Assembly: GCA_905178155.1 (NCBI GenBank) | Contig: CAJINV010000021.1 | Location: 287,760 to 351,759 of the forward strand | Direction of reading: 5' to 3' | Length of the DNA: 64,000 nucleotides | Source: Amoebophrya sp. A120 | Lineage: Eukaryota > Protista > Dinoflagellata | Program-made: the position numbers and the translations under genes | Shown: piece after piece, positions 25,701-37,800 of the stretch | Position numbering within the stretch: the first letter of the stretch is position 1 | How the letters are laid out: each line of letters begins with the position of its first letter | The notes under the pieces: model-generated | Told to the model about the DNA's origin: nothing | The model's input: only the letters and a program-made list of their open reading frames with translations | The model's database searches: none

Positions 25701-28700
25701 TCTGGATTGTTCGAGGCGGCCAGCTCTGGAGAAGCTCCGCTAGCAGATAGCCAAGTAGACCCGTTTCCCGCTCGCTCCAAGCTGTTCCAAAAGGTCTTGA
25801 AAATGGAATCACGGCGGTCCTACCACGATTTGGCACTGGGCGCGCACGACAACGAGCGCGTGTACCACTCTGGGGTCGAAACAGAGGCCATGTTTCCGGG
25901 CCTGTGGGTCCCGCACTTGTCGCGGGGGATGCGTCTCAGCGATTACGCAGAAAATGAAGTAGATCTTGACGAACAAGCTAGCGCTAGGAAAATCAAGATG
26001 ACGGAAAAAGAGAAAGAGGAGTCTACCGCGGGGAAAAAGATGTTGCAACGGCGGCTGAAGATTCTCGAGCAGTTTCTTCGCGACTACCTATTGGAGAAAA
26101 TCTTCCGGGACGAGTCCACCTGGTTGGCGCCGCCCACCGAGGAGGAACGAAACGCAGCCCGTGTTGCCGACATTCGGACTCAGCACGACCTGCTCAGCGT
26201 CATCCAGCAGGACAGCTGGGCGGACGCGCAGAAGCGGCAAAGCCCACTAGCGAATCAAAATGGAGGGAAACAAGGCTCGGATCAGGGGGAAAAGCTACCT
26301 GTTGTGCAGAACACTGCCGTGCGGGACCTCATGGTAGAGTGGTTTCAGAAGGAGCAGAAGAAGCACGCCTCACCGGCGGATGCGCCGGCCGTGAAATTGT
26401 TTACCGTCATCAGCCGTGAAGTGATCAACTTCTTCAACATCAGTCCCGCGCTCCGGGACAAAATGTTCTTTGTGGACGGGGGCTTCCGGCCCTCGAAGAA
26501 CCTGTATCTGGTGCAGATACCGGCATTTCTATACACATCGAATCTCGAGGAGGAGGAAAAATGCACCAGCCCAAGTAACGTCTCGCAACCGAAAGAAGAA
26601 TCTTCGCCGATGGGTGCTGGAGAAGGTTCAATATCTACTCGTCCCTGCTCCAGAACGACGACGTCGCACGATCAAAGTGAAAAAGCTAGCACTTGTTCCT
26701 CGTCTAAAAAGGGGAAGAAACTTCTGAACAAAAAAGCTGAGAAGGTAAAGCAGATCAATTGCTCCCTCGAAGGGGATAAGCAAGGGACAAAACCGCTCTT
26801 GGAAGGAACTTACCCGCTCGACCTCGGCTACATGGCGATTACCGTGGATGACGGCCGGAGCTCGCAAGCCCTCATAGATTCTCCCGCGGCTTTGTTCATG
26901 GTCAATGGAGGTATAATCTTCAGATACGACTTGAATTATTCTCAAGAAGAGTCCTGCTCGAGCTTTTTGCCTCGAGGCAATTTTCCTTCGCGCATCTCAA
27001 AATAAAATCTGAAACTGAATATGACATAAATCCGAAGTAGACACTACGAAAATCATCAACCTAAGGTGGCATGCCAAACTTCTTGCACTGTGCGACCAAC
27101 GGTGGTATTGTCGTGGACATTTCGCAGACGGACTTTTTTGTGCCGACCGCGGCAAGCGTCGGTGGGGGAAGGGATCAGGAGGAAAGCAAGCCAGGCAAAA
27201 AGAAGGGAAAGAACAACAAGGCGGGTTCTTCTACTAAAGCTGGTGCATCAGCTCCGACATCAGCGGCTGCAACGACGCCGACTGTGGCTGCCGTGCAGTC
27301 GCTTCTCGCAAAAGTGGACAAGGATGTGAAGACTCATCCCGGTCCGCAAATGATGCTTCCCAGAATGACCATCGGGGACATGCCCAACACCCGTCTTTAC
27401 GACTTGGACGGAGTTCTGGCCGGCTACGGTTCAATGTACGACACTAGTTTGAAATCCAAATCATCAACTACAGCAAAAACTACTACTACTCCCCAACAAG
27501 GAACGAGAAAATCAAAATCATCTTCGGCGCAGCAAGGAACATCGCCGACTGCAGCCGAATCAGTTGCAGATGAGCACCTTGAAGATGCAACCTCCGACCA
27601 GAGCAAGCAGCGGAGAGCTTTTGTGGTCGAATTCCTCGATCCCAACGCCCCGGGCGCTTATCAAGGTGAGCTGGATGGTGACAGCACCGTGAGGTTGCCG
27701 TTGTCCTCTCCGGGAGGTCGCGGTGGAAATTCAAATTCAAACAGTGGCTCCGTTACTTATTTCCTCCCCCCCTCTATCACCGGGAGAGAGACGTTCACGA
27801 CGACGCGCCGCGTGATGGGGCGGGTCCGGCGCTGGGCGCTGAAGAAGTGGATGGGTGCCGGGGCGTCCCACGTGGACCATTTCCTCTTCAAGGATTGGGG
27901 GGCCAGCGAGGTGTGGAAGAATGGCGAAACGGCAATCACGTCGTTCTTGGAAGAGCTGGTGGCTTTGCAGCAGCAGTTAGTGGAGAAATCCTTGATGAGC
28001 ATCCTGCGCTACGTCGCAATCCACAATCACGCGCAGTCCGTGATATTTGGAGGCACGACGACAGTACAGCAAGGTCTACTTTCATCTGCAGGAGGCATCA
28101 AGGGCGGTTCAGCTAGCAAAGGTCGCGGTACTGCTAGGGCGAATAAGCGACAGCAAGGGCAAGGCTCTGGTGCAGCAGCTGCAGCAGGCTTGTGTACCGT
28201 CACGGAGCTGGTTCCTCACCCGAATAGCGTCGAGCAGGCGCTCTTCGGAGGTGCAACTTCCAGTGCTTTCTCTTCGGGGGTACTCACTCCCAGCTCGGAA
28301 AGCGTTGCCTCGTGGTGGACCGAGATAATGTTCAATCCGGACGCTGCCGCGCAGACGGCGCCGACCCACCCGAGTGAGAAAAACGGGACCCAAACGTGCA
28401 ACGCCAAGGAAATCGACTACAGCAACGCAACCTCATTGGGAACTACCACTACGAAGAACAAATTGCAGCTCCTTCAACCAGAATCCGTGGGGGAGTTCGC
28501 AAGCGTCAGGGCACTGCCACCAATGGTTAGTACAACAGGACAGACGAACAGCAAAAAGACCCATGTGGACGAAGCGGCAAGGCAGAAGGAAAACGAAGAA
28601 CTGGCAGAAAGAATTAATGAAAATGTGAAGAACTCCGAGCGGCTGCAAAATTCCTTCGACACCCGACCCGTGAACCGCGCGTTCGTGCACATGCGACTGC

Positions 28701-31700
28701 ATTTGCTGAACAAAATGGTCGCTTCGGTGCGAGAGCTGCACCAGCAGGTGCTGCAGCGGGTCATTCTCGTGGACGCAAAGGCCCTCGCGATTGCCAGCGT
28801 AGGGTCGGAGCAGGACTACAGCTTGGACAGCCAAGCCGGACTGGAGCAAGCGCTACAACGGTTGTCCCAGACCAGCAGTCTGGGCGCCGTGCCGAGGCAC
28901 TTGGACTACAAAAAGCTGCCGGTGGAAAGGCCGTTTTTGAACCTGATTCTCCGTCTGTGGCAGCAGACCGAGGTGTCGACCAGTATTGTATCTTCCACCA
29001 GCGGAGGTGGTCCTCGTGGTGCTGCCGCTGGTGGTGCAAGAACACAACTAAAGCAGTCCTCGAACCTTGCGGCCTTGTTTCCGAGCGAAAACTCGCACTA
29101 CCAGCTATATTTGCCCTTTGCGAAGAATAAATCTGTTAAGACGAGCATGAAGGAGAACACGACAGAGCCGCGGCTTCTCACTGCCAGGGCGCCCTTCACC
29201 CACCCGGCGGTACGGAACGTGCCTAGCCTGCAAAAAAACTTTGTGTTTTTGTCGCAGCTGCGCGCCTTCATCGCCCGTTTGGATGTGGGGGCGGACCTGA
29301 TTGACCGCCTGGCGCACAGAGCGAACGGCGCAGCGTCCAGAGTCGTCGACCTGTCTTCTCTGTCGCGTGTTGACCAGCTCCCAGCTGGAACTACTGTCTC
29401 TGCAAAATCATCATCTGCGACGTCACTGAAGTTGCCGACGGTCGGAATCGGAAATACGGCAGCCAACGAAGTTGTACCAGATCCAGACCCAACATCCGCG
29501 GCGTCCGAAATGGGCAAGCAAAGGCTCGCGGAACACTTTCGCTCCACCCCACTGGCGGCTGCGCAACGCAAGGCCCTGCGGACGCTGATCGATATTCCGG
29601 ACGATGACAATTTCGAGGTAAGCTGGCTCACTTGCTGGACCAAGCTGGACGATTTCATGCGCCAACACGCACCTCCACCAACTGCACCTCCTCCAGTCGT
29701 CGGGTCGCCTAATTTTTCCCAAACAACTTCTGGGCGTCAGCAAAAAACGCCACAGCAGGAAGATCTACTCCAGGAGGACGGCGGCGGTGACACTGTAATG
29801 GGAGACGAGAGCAACATCAAGGGCCCTTCTGGATCTGCAGGAGCCGCTGGTACAACAACAGCCACGAGCGCCGTCGACGCGCAGGCCGCAGCGGTTTTCG
29901 GTACGTCAGCAGCGGCGTGGATGGAAAAGGAAAGCTTTTCCGTGAAACTTCGGCGCAAGCGGGATCAGGAGGTGACCACCTTTCTCTCCGAGTGGCGCTT
30001 GTCCGCGAACACGGCCTCGTTTTTGCTTCATTCCTTGGGGCAAGAGAATTCGGCCGAATTCCTTAGTCGCCACGGCCCGGCGATAAAGGAGCAGATGTCA
30101 GATGTGGCTGCGAAACTGGATTTGGACCATGGTGCAGGAGGGCAGCAGCAGCAGCAGACCACAGATGGAGTCGGAGGTGCGAGCTCTCCAGCTCCGCCCC
30201 CTGTTTACCACAATACCTTGCTGCAGACCATTGCTCCGCTCTTTTACAGAGATTATATTTCCGCGGAGGTTGCGGTGCGCACCTTCAGCCGCAAACACGC
30301 CCCGGACCCGAAAAACTGCACTCCGAAGACCGCAGCGGAAAATTTTTCCAGCGTGTCCAGATGCACCCAGACCATGTTGCAAAATTTGTCACCCGAAAAA
30401 GCCGCGGAGTTTGGAGCGTTACTGTCCAGGTTACGGGGCTTGGGAAGTATGATGCAAGCGTTGTGGGAGGGTCTGCAAACCGTGTACCTGATGGGAGACA
30501 AGTTGCTCCGAAGGAAATCCTTTCTGACTTTCGACGTGTTGCGTCTCGCCCTATCCAGGAAAAAACACCCATCCCCATCCATTTTTTGCATGGCAAATAG
30601 TGGACTTTATGCATGTTTTGCATGACAATTGACAAATTGGATGGGGATGGGTGTTTTTCCTGGATACGCCCGACTCGGCGTCTACTGGGCGTTTGAAAGT
30701 AAAAGCGGCGACGAGAAAGACCAAGAGCTACTCAAAGCCGGCGTTTTGAGGAACGTAGGGTTCACCATTTTCCCGCCCGGTACGCCCCCGTACGCCATCG
30801 AGGTGTTAGATCTTTTGACCCGCGCAACTGGTGCGGCTGCGGAGAGGATTAGGATGGAAAAAAGGAAGAACAATAAAGTAGCAACGAGAACTTCTGAGGG
30901 AACTGGAACAACTACATGCGGTCGCGCCGCCCCTGCTGCTGCTCGTCCGAAGCTGGACACGACTAGCATGAGTGGAAACAAGAATTCTGACGACATGGAG
31001 ATCGAGCGAGAGCCTGTGGAAAGAAAGATTTCCAACGACAGTGAAGGTAGTAGTCGTGCTTCTACCGTCGGAACGGCAGTATCTTCCCCTTCCTGCGGCT
31101 CATCATTATCCTCTCCTGCTAGCACGACCCGGAAACCCCCCATTGTGCAGCGCACGCGCGTGAGCGTGAAGCTGGCGAGCGGCATCAAGGTCGAGGCTTT
31201 TTTAGTGAAGCACGACCTGATTGAGGGGCGCGCGGAGCTGAAGCTTTTTCCAAAGAAGCCCGATGTGCCGGACCGGCTTCACGCGGACATTCGCGATGTC
31301 GACGCGCCGGTGCCGAGCGAAGTCTTCGCGGAAGTAACAGCCACAGTAAACGGGTTTGACGATCTTGGCGACGGCCACAAGATGCAGACCGACGCGAAAA
31401 CCGGAAAACCGATGATAATGGTCGACTCGTCGGCGGTGCGGATCGAGGATATGCCTTACAAAAGCATCGTACTACTGTAAATTGCATTACAAATTGCCTT
31501 AGCATTACAAATAAGATTTTTAAGATTTGTAATGCGGATTTGCTGCATTTGCCTTAGAGGAAAAAGTAAAAGTTGTAATGCATTTACTGCAATTACTACG
31601 AGTGCGATCGCGATGCTTCTGCACTGCATCGAGGGCAGCTTGCTGCAACGGAAGCCGGTGGAGATAAAGAAGGACGGGACGGCACCGCGCTGGGTCTGCA

Positions 31701-32939
31701 CCATTCGAGTGACCAAGTCGGAGAATGCGAGAAAAATCGCGATTGGCAAGCTGTTGCAACTTCCCGAGGAGCGACTAGCCATCGTGCGCATGCCGCCGGG
31801 GGAAACCACAATTGGGAGAATCTACGCGGCCAGCATGGTGTCGAACAAAGTCACGGCGGACGCCGCGGAAAGCAGGAGCCCGGTCGTGAGGAAAGGAGAC
31901 CAGGGCGAGGCAGATTCGTGCTCGCCTGGGCGATCCCCGACGGGGGCCTCCGCGGATCTGGGTACTACGGATGTAGCAACTGAGGAGCAGACGGAACGCG
32001 AGCACGAACAACAGCAAGAGCAAACCCTATTTCCACCAAGACCGGTGTACACAATCGCGGGTCCTTTGCTGCCAAACGTAGCAGAGACGATGCTGCGCAC
32101 TTCAAGAGGTCCTGCCGGGCTGAGCCAGGCAAAGGGAAAGGCGTCGGCGGCGTCTTCAGGTGCTCGTTTGCAGGAGCCGGAGGGAGGACAAGAAGATGAA
32201 TCGCAGCAACACGACGACCCGTCAAGAACTACGTGCACGACGCAGATCCCAGGACTGTCGTCTACTCCCATGTCCTCTCGAGACGATGATGCGAAAAATG
32301 CTGTGTACCGCATTCTCCGTCCCGAATTCGCCGCGATTCGCAAAGGGGCGACGACGATGAACGAAGTACCAGCTGCAACTCCGGACGGCATGCTCAGCCT
32401 GTTTACAATCTTGCTGAACATGAAAAGCATGTACCAGCAGGACGACCAACACCGGAATAAAGGGAGAGCGAAGGCAAGCAAGTTGTCCTCTTCGGCCAGT
32501 GCACGATACGCTACGGAACTCGGTAAGAGTACACCTTTGATGGCATAGTGATCTGCTTCAGTAGCTTTTACGCAGCCTTCTGTTTTTTTTTTTCAGTATC
32601 AGTTTTAGTCCTGCTATGCATATGCTTTTTGTCTTTTGATTTCAACCAGGTTGATACAAGTTGAACGACAACAGAACGCGTCGAAAAAGAATTAAGTGAG
32701 AATCATCTTCAACAACTACAGGCGAAGTCTTCCACGATGTGAGCCTCCATGCTTTGAACGCCCGGAATGAAATTATGGAAGAGGTGCTCAAGACGTCTTC
32801 ATCACGCGGGAGTGCTGGAGGAGGCTCGCTACGGGGACTGCAGATTCTCAAATGGGTTGTGCAAATCGCGGTAGACCTGGTCGCGGATACGGTTCAGGAA
32901 GACCAGTTTGAGAGCCAGCTGCTGGCGATACCGATTTAG
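16778..32939 (+). CDS. Giant (~4,900 aa) low-complexity hypothetical protein with an N-terminal signal/TM segment
   Basis: ORFs 16778, 18030, 27071, 30629, 31532 and 32739 join in frame after removing the element at 17417-18076, GT-AG introns 26911-27065 and 32523-32721, and introners 30552-30666 and 31457-31623. No domain recognised. Confidence 0.7.
17417..18076. mobile_element. GC-rich TIR element in an exon, followed by a 46-bp duplication of upstream exon sequence
   Basis: ~38-bp TIR tcgaggaagttcatcaaaaatcgagcacccccctcccg. 17373-17418 is repeated at 18091-18136 with 2 mismatches, after 14 nt of filler. Confidence 0.88.
30552..30666. mobile_element. Minimal introner-like intron (115 bp, TAT...ATA class)
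   Basis: TIR tatccaggaaaaaacacccatccccatcca / tggatggggatgggtgtttttcctggata and perfect 5-bp direct repeat cgccc. Excision gives VLRLA|RLGVYW. Confidence 0.92.
31457..31623. mobile_element. Introner-like intron, TIR family C (tgcaaaagYatcg)
   Basis: tacaaaagcatcg ... cgatgcttctgca, related to the copies at 50043 and 63101. Removing element plus 1 nt joins IEDMP|CIEGSLL. Confidence 0.8.
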
Positions 32940-34807
32940 GACTGGGGCGATGTTGTTGTAGCCCTACGCAAAGAGAAGTGTCTTCGCAACAACGGAAATT
33001 CTATCTTGCCCTATCAATAGAAATTTCGCGGGACGACCCGGACCGAATAGGCCGTGCTGCATTGCTAGTTTTTTCTATTAACACGCTTTCAGTATCGTTT
33101 TCGTTACGTAATCAACACAGATTCTTCTACTTTACTTCAAAAAAAATCGAAAAGTGGTTTTATATAGCTTCTATTTTCATCCTTTAGAGAATACAATATC
33201 GCCATCCTAGTGCTGGTATGGATGATTTCTGCACAAATTTTTCACTGCATTTGATCTTGATACTGAGTCTTGTTCTTCGGCTGCTTGCACATGGAAAGCA
33301 AACCTTCGTGCGTTTGCGTACATTAATGTCATCGCAAGATGTTCTTCTGGTTCTGAAACACAGGCGCCGACATAGTGTTGATTGTTAGAGTTGTGTGTTA
33401 GTTGGCGTCGATTTGGTCGGCAGGCAACGCACTATTGAACACAAAGATTTTGATCACGAGAATACAGAGCCTCTATTGCACCTAGAGAAGCTTATTTTCT
33501 AGAGTTTATCTATGGTTTTTCTTTTTGCATCGTATGTTGAAATAGATTTTGGTTGTGCAAAATAAAGTTATTGATGAAAGAGCGCGCCGTGACGGCAGCG
33601 CTTTGCGCTTCCTTGTGGCAACTGGAAATGAAAATAGGCAGTCACCATAATTGGAGAACGAAGTTGTCGCGCGACGAGATGAATACATATTTTCAGAACT
33701 AGACGACCACCAAATCCAAATCGAAGACGCGTCACGCTCGGGAAAATGAAACGCTAAATGTACCGCTTCCACCAAAATGATCGCAAGTTAAACTTAAAAT
33801 TGATTACAGGCACAAACTCAAAAATAAAATGCGTGGGCAAAATTTAATTTCATGAAGTTAGTTGATCTAGATGATCATAAAAAATCATGAAGATCCACGC
33901 TCAACACGTAGATGCTAAGTGCCCAATTACGCACTAGAGTACACAGACACGACTATCATAAGGAGATCAGCAACGCACTTCTTTTTTTCCCCTTGGTGTG
34001 TTTCCTGTTCATCGAAATTCAGATCGATGGATCATGCTCCTTGCGCATGTGCACTTCTTGCTAAATTTGACGAGCAATCATGCAACAGCACTTATCTACT
34101 TCATCAAGAAATTTCGAAATTTTTTTTAGTTGTGCTTGTGCATCTTCATGTCTTCAATCTTTTCATTGTTTTTTTTTCCTCACAGCGAATGAACCTGAAG
34201 TAGAGCGGTTTTCTCGCTCGCACATTTTAGGCCGCCATTACTCTGATAGCGTAGCGGTGGAGAAGCTAGCGGAGGCATTGTGTGGTCTTTTTCTTCACTA
34301 AAAATTTGTAATTTGAACATTTCTGACACAAAACTGATTGCGTTTGAGACAAGAGGTGCAAAGCAACTAAGGGTCCTTACAATTTGTTTTTCATTTTTCT
34401 GAACTGTCAGTAGATCTTTCTTATCAAGTACTTAGATTGCTCCTGATCTCATTTGATTATCGCTTTCTTATACTGTATTCACAGTTTGACACTTTACAGT
34501 TAAAAGTTAGTATGCAGCAACCTTAAAATCAAAAATCCATCATAAAGATAAATTAGTTGAAATTATTTTTTTCAGAATTCAGAGTCACGTTTTTACACCA
34601 GAAGTAGTATCTTCGATAAAAACCCAAGAAACAGAAAAAGTAGTATCTGTAGTCTTACGTAGAGTGGTTCCTATAGAAGTTCTAAGAAAGGGGCATTGTA
34701 TTTACTGCCTGCACCTAGTCCTAGATAGTACCACATCGACATCACGCGTGCGTCTACGTTTTCTTTGAAGAGCCAACTTCTGACAAACAATTCCAAATTT
34801 GAGAAGT

Positions 34808-37800
34808 ATGGGCAACAAGAAGATCATGCTGTCGCAACCGAGCAAGCTTCTGCGTTTGTGCGCTGCGGCCGCAGCTGCGCAGCTGACGGCTCTCCACAGC
34901 AAATGCGGTGTAATCAGGTCGTCTATCACTATCCTCGTCGAAGCAGCCGCGCCGCTCGGCCCCGGTCGTACTAGTCGAGAATCACGTCGAAATAGGGCTA
35001 ACGATCGAAATCCGTCGAAATACAAGCAAGAGCAGCCTGAAACTACAAGACAAAATAGCGGAGGGAATGTGAGTGATCCTAACCGCCCTCGCACTTCTGC
35101 GCGGAGCCACCAGACGAGCAACGCTTCAATGATTGGCACCGCCGCTCCAATTCCACGACCTGAGCCGCTGCGTGGTCAGCCAGCAGCGGCTCGAGCGTGG
35201 TTTGAGGTTCCCGCTCCATCCTTTGGAGGTTCATCTTCATCCTCGGCCCCGTACAATCCGACTCTGACTCCAGTACAACAGATACAACCGCCATGGCCGA
35301 CGATGGACTACAACAGTGTGCAAGTTGTACTGCAGCAGCAGCAGCTGTATGCGCGAGTACTAGGGCAGCAACAGCAAGCTTATGCTCACCACCAGATGCA
35401 GATGGCGAGCAACATGAGGCAGCCGCAGCATGAGATGCAGATGGCGAGCAACATGAGGCAGCCGCAGCAACAGCAAGAGCAAACGGCTCGACCACCATTG
35501 GGAGAGTGGCTGCACCAGGGGCCACTCTGGCCTTCCACTACTAGTACTGTGGGACCTCAAGCAAGTGGAGGAGTAGATGTTGCAAGTAGGCCAGGGGAAG
35601 AACTAGAACGACAGAAACATCAACAGGCGCACGATCTTCTCATGGCAGGAGCTACAAGAAAGGCAATAATTCAGTTTCGGAAACAAAACAGCATGCCGTC
35701 CGCCTCAGCGTCAGACGACCGCAGGAGCACGACCACTACTCGAGGCACAAGCGAAACAAGTAAGCAACGAAGCGGAAGCAGCAAGCACAAGCAGCACCAA
35801 CAAGCTCCCGTAACAACTGGGACTGCTTCTTCGCCTGGGTCGACACCTCAAGCGTCGTCGTACATCAGGAGCAATTCCGCGTCTCCCAACAGCGACGATG
35901 TGTCCATGTTTGGAGAGACAACTGAAGACAATTCTTCGCGACCTTCCGCGTCGTCAGCGCCGACGAGTTTTACTCAAAAACAAAAACAAAAAGCCTCGGA
36001 AACAAGTACATGGGTTCCCGCTTACGAAGCCTGGGCCGGGTGGGAACCAAAGTTCCTGGTGTCTCCTCAGTTCTTATCAAAGGAAGAGGTGTCTTAACGT
36101 GAAAAACAAAACAGTTTATTTAATACAATTCAGGTACCATGGCTGCACCAGTCATGCGTGGATTTTCAATTTTCTCTATCGTGGATGGAGCTATGCGATA
36201 CGAATACTTACAAAGTCGAATAATTTGCTGCGCGCCATTTGTTCGTGTCATGCATTTAGAATTACTGCATGAAGAGATGTTGAGATTGGGCAACATGCCT
36301 ATGCCACAAAACTCTTTTCAATAAAACGTCAAGACACTTTTTTCTGTGATAGTTGTTCACCGGCGAGATCGCGATGAAGATTGCCCCGAACGACGACAAC
36401 TACGAGAGAGAGAAACAGCAGGAGAAAGATCATCTGGGCGTGCAAAGGGCGTTGCAGAAGCACGCCGAGGACAATGTCCAGGGCACTGCTCGGCGACACG
36501 GCGTGACTGGTCCGCGGCGGGAGCTACAGCAAGTCACGTGGCAACTCGACTGGGAGGACGATCGAAATGTGCGGGATAGGAGCACCTCCGCCGTGATTAA
36601 TTTGCTGGACCGATTATTGGCCCACAAGCGACGCATCACCAAATCGGCGGAAGTCACCAGCCTGATGCTCGATTTGATTCCCGAAAGCCTGCCTACGAAG
36701 TTTGGCACCGACCACATGATGTTATGCATTGCAAATATGTCTGGGTCTGGAAACTTGTAATGCTAAAAGTGAATGAGAGCTCTACTGCAATACGTAGCCA
36801 AGCATGACAAATTTTTGGGCTCCTTTGTGTTGCGTGTTCCGGATGGCAAACTGCGTTTTTGCATGACAGTTAAGAAGACCGCTTCCTGCCCATGCATCAC
36901 AGATTCTTGAGTCATGTCAGACATGCATGACACGTTAGCAATCTTCCAGACCCAGACATTTTTGCATTCCATAGATGTACGATCTAGACGACTTGGGATA
37001 CTACGGCCTCTACGACTTCTATGGATCTGTCAGGATTGAAATCGTCAAAGTTGAGATGATTTGTCATGCATAAAATGCAACCCTCAAAATGCCTGTCTTG
37101 CAGACTAGGCAAGGGAGGCAGATTGTAAGCCTGTTGCGGGGTAGAAATAGAGCTGCTAAAGTAGCATGACAAAAGGCTTCTTCCTTACCCAAACAGCATT
37201 ACAAGCTGGATTTCGGATCTACCCAAATTTGTCATGCGCCGCTTGAAAATTGGTCTTCCAACTGGTATCCATTTTATGCATGACAAATCATTTCAACTTT
37301 GTCGATTTCAAACCTGACGCTTCCATAACTTCCTTCACGTGAAAGAGCAGATCCATAGTAAAAACTACCAGCAGCTTTGTAAAAAGTCGGGGGCGCAGCA
37401 TGAACATGAAAAAAACCAGCCCCCGCACGCTAAAACCTACGCCTTCGTCAACTTCATCAACGAGGACCATATCGAACAAAAATCTGTTATCGTTATCGGA
37501 TTGGAAATTGCTGGCAAAGGCCAAATTTTTTTTAAGTTTAGCTACTGACTTAGCTACCTCAAGAACTAGCTATGATTTTGAACTAGTTGTGTGCATTTGG
37601 CCAAGCGCCGCGCCGAAGCCTGGATCATGTCGAGCCCATTCTGCCGGACCGTTTCGAGCTGCGCGCCAACCCTCCCAGGTGGATGCGATTTGCTCAGCTT
37701 CCGGCAGTGCAAGTTGGAAGCTTGTTTTGGGCTCATAAAGATCAATTTGTAATGCGGACCTGCGTCACAGACGCGTCACGTTTTTGACATGGAAAAAGTG

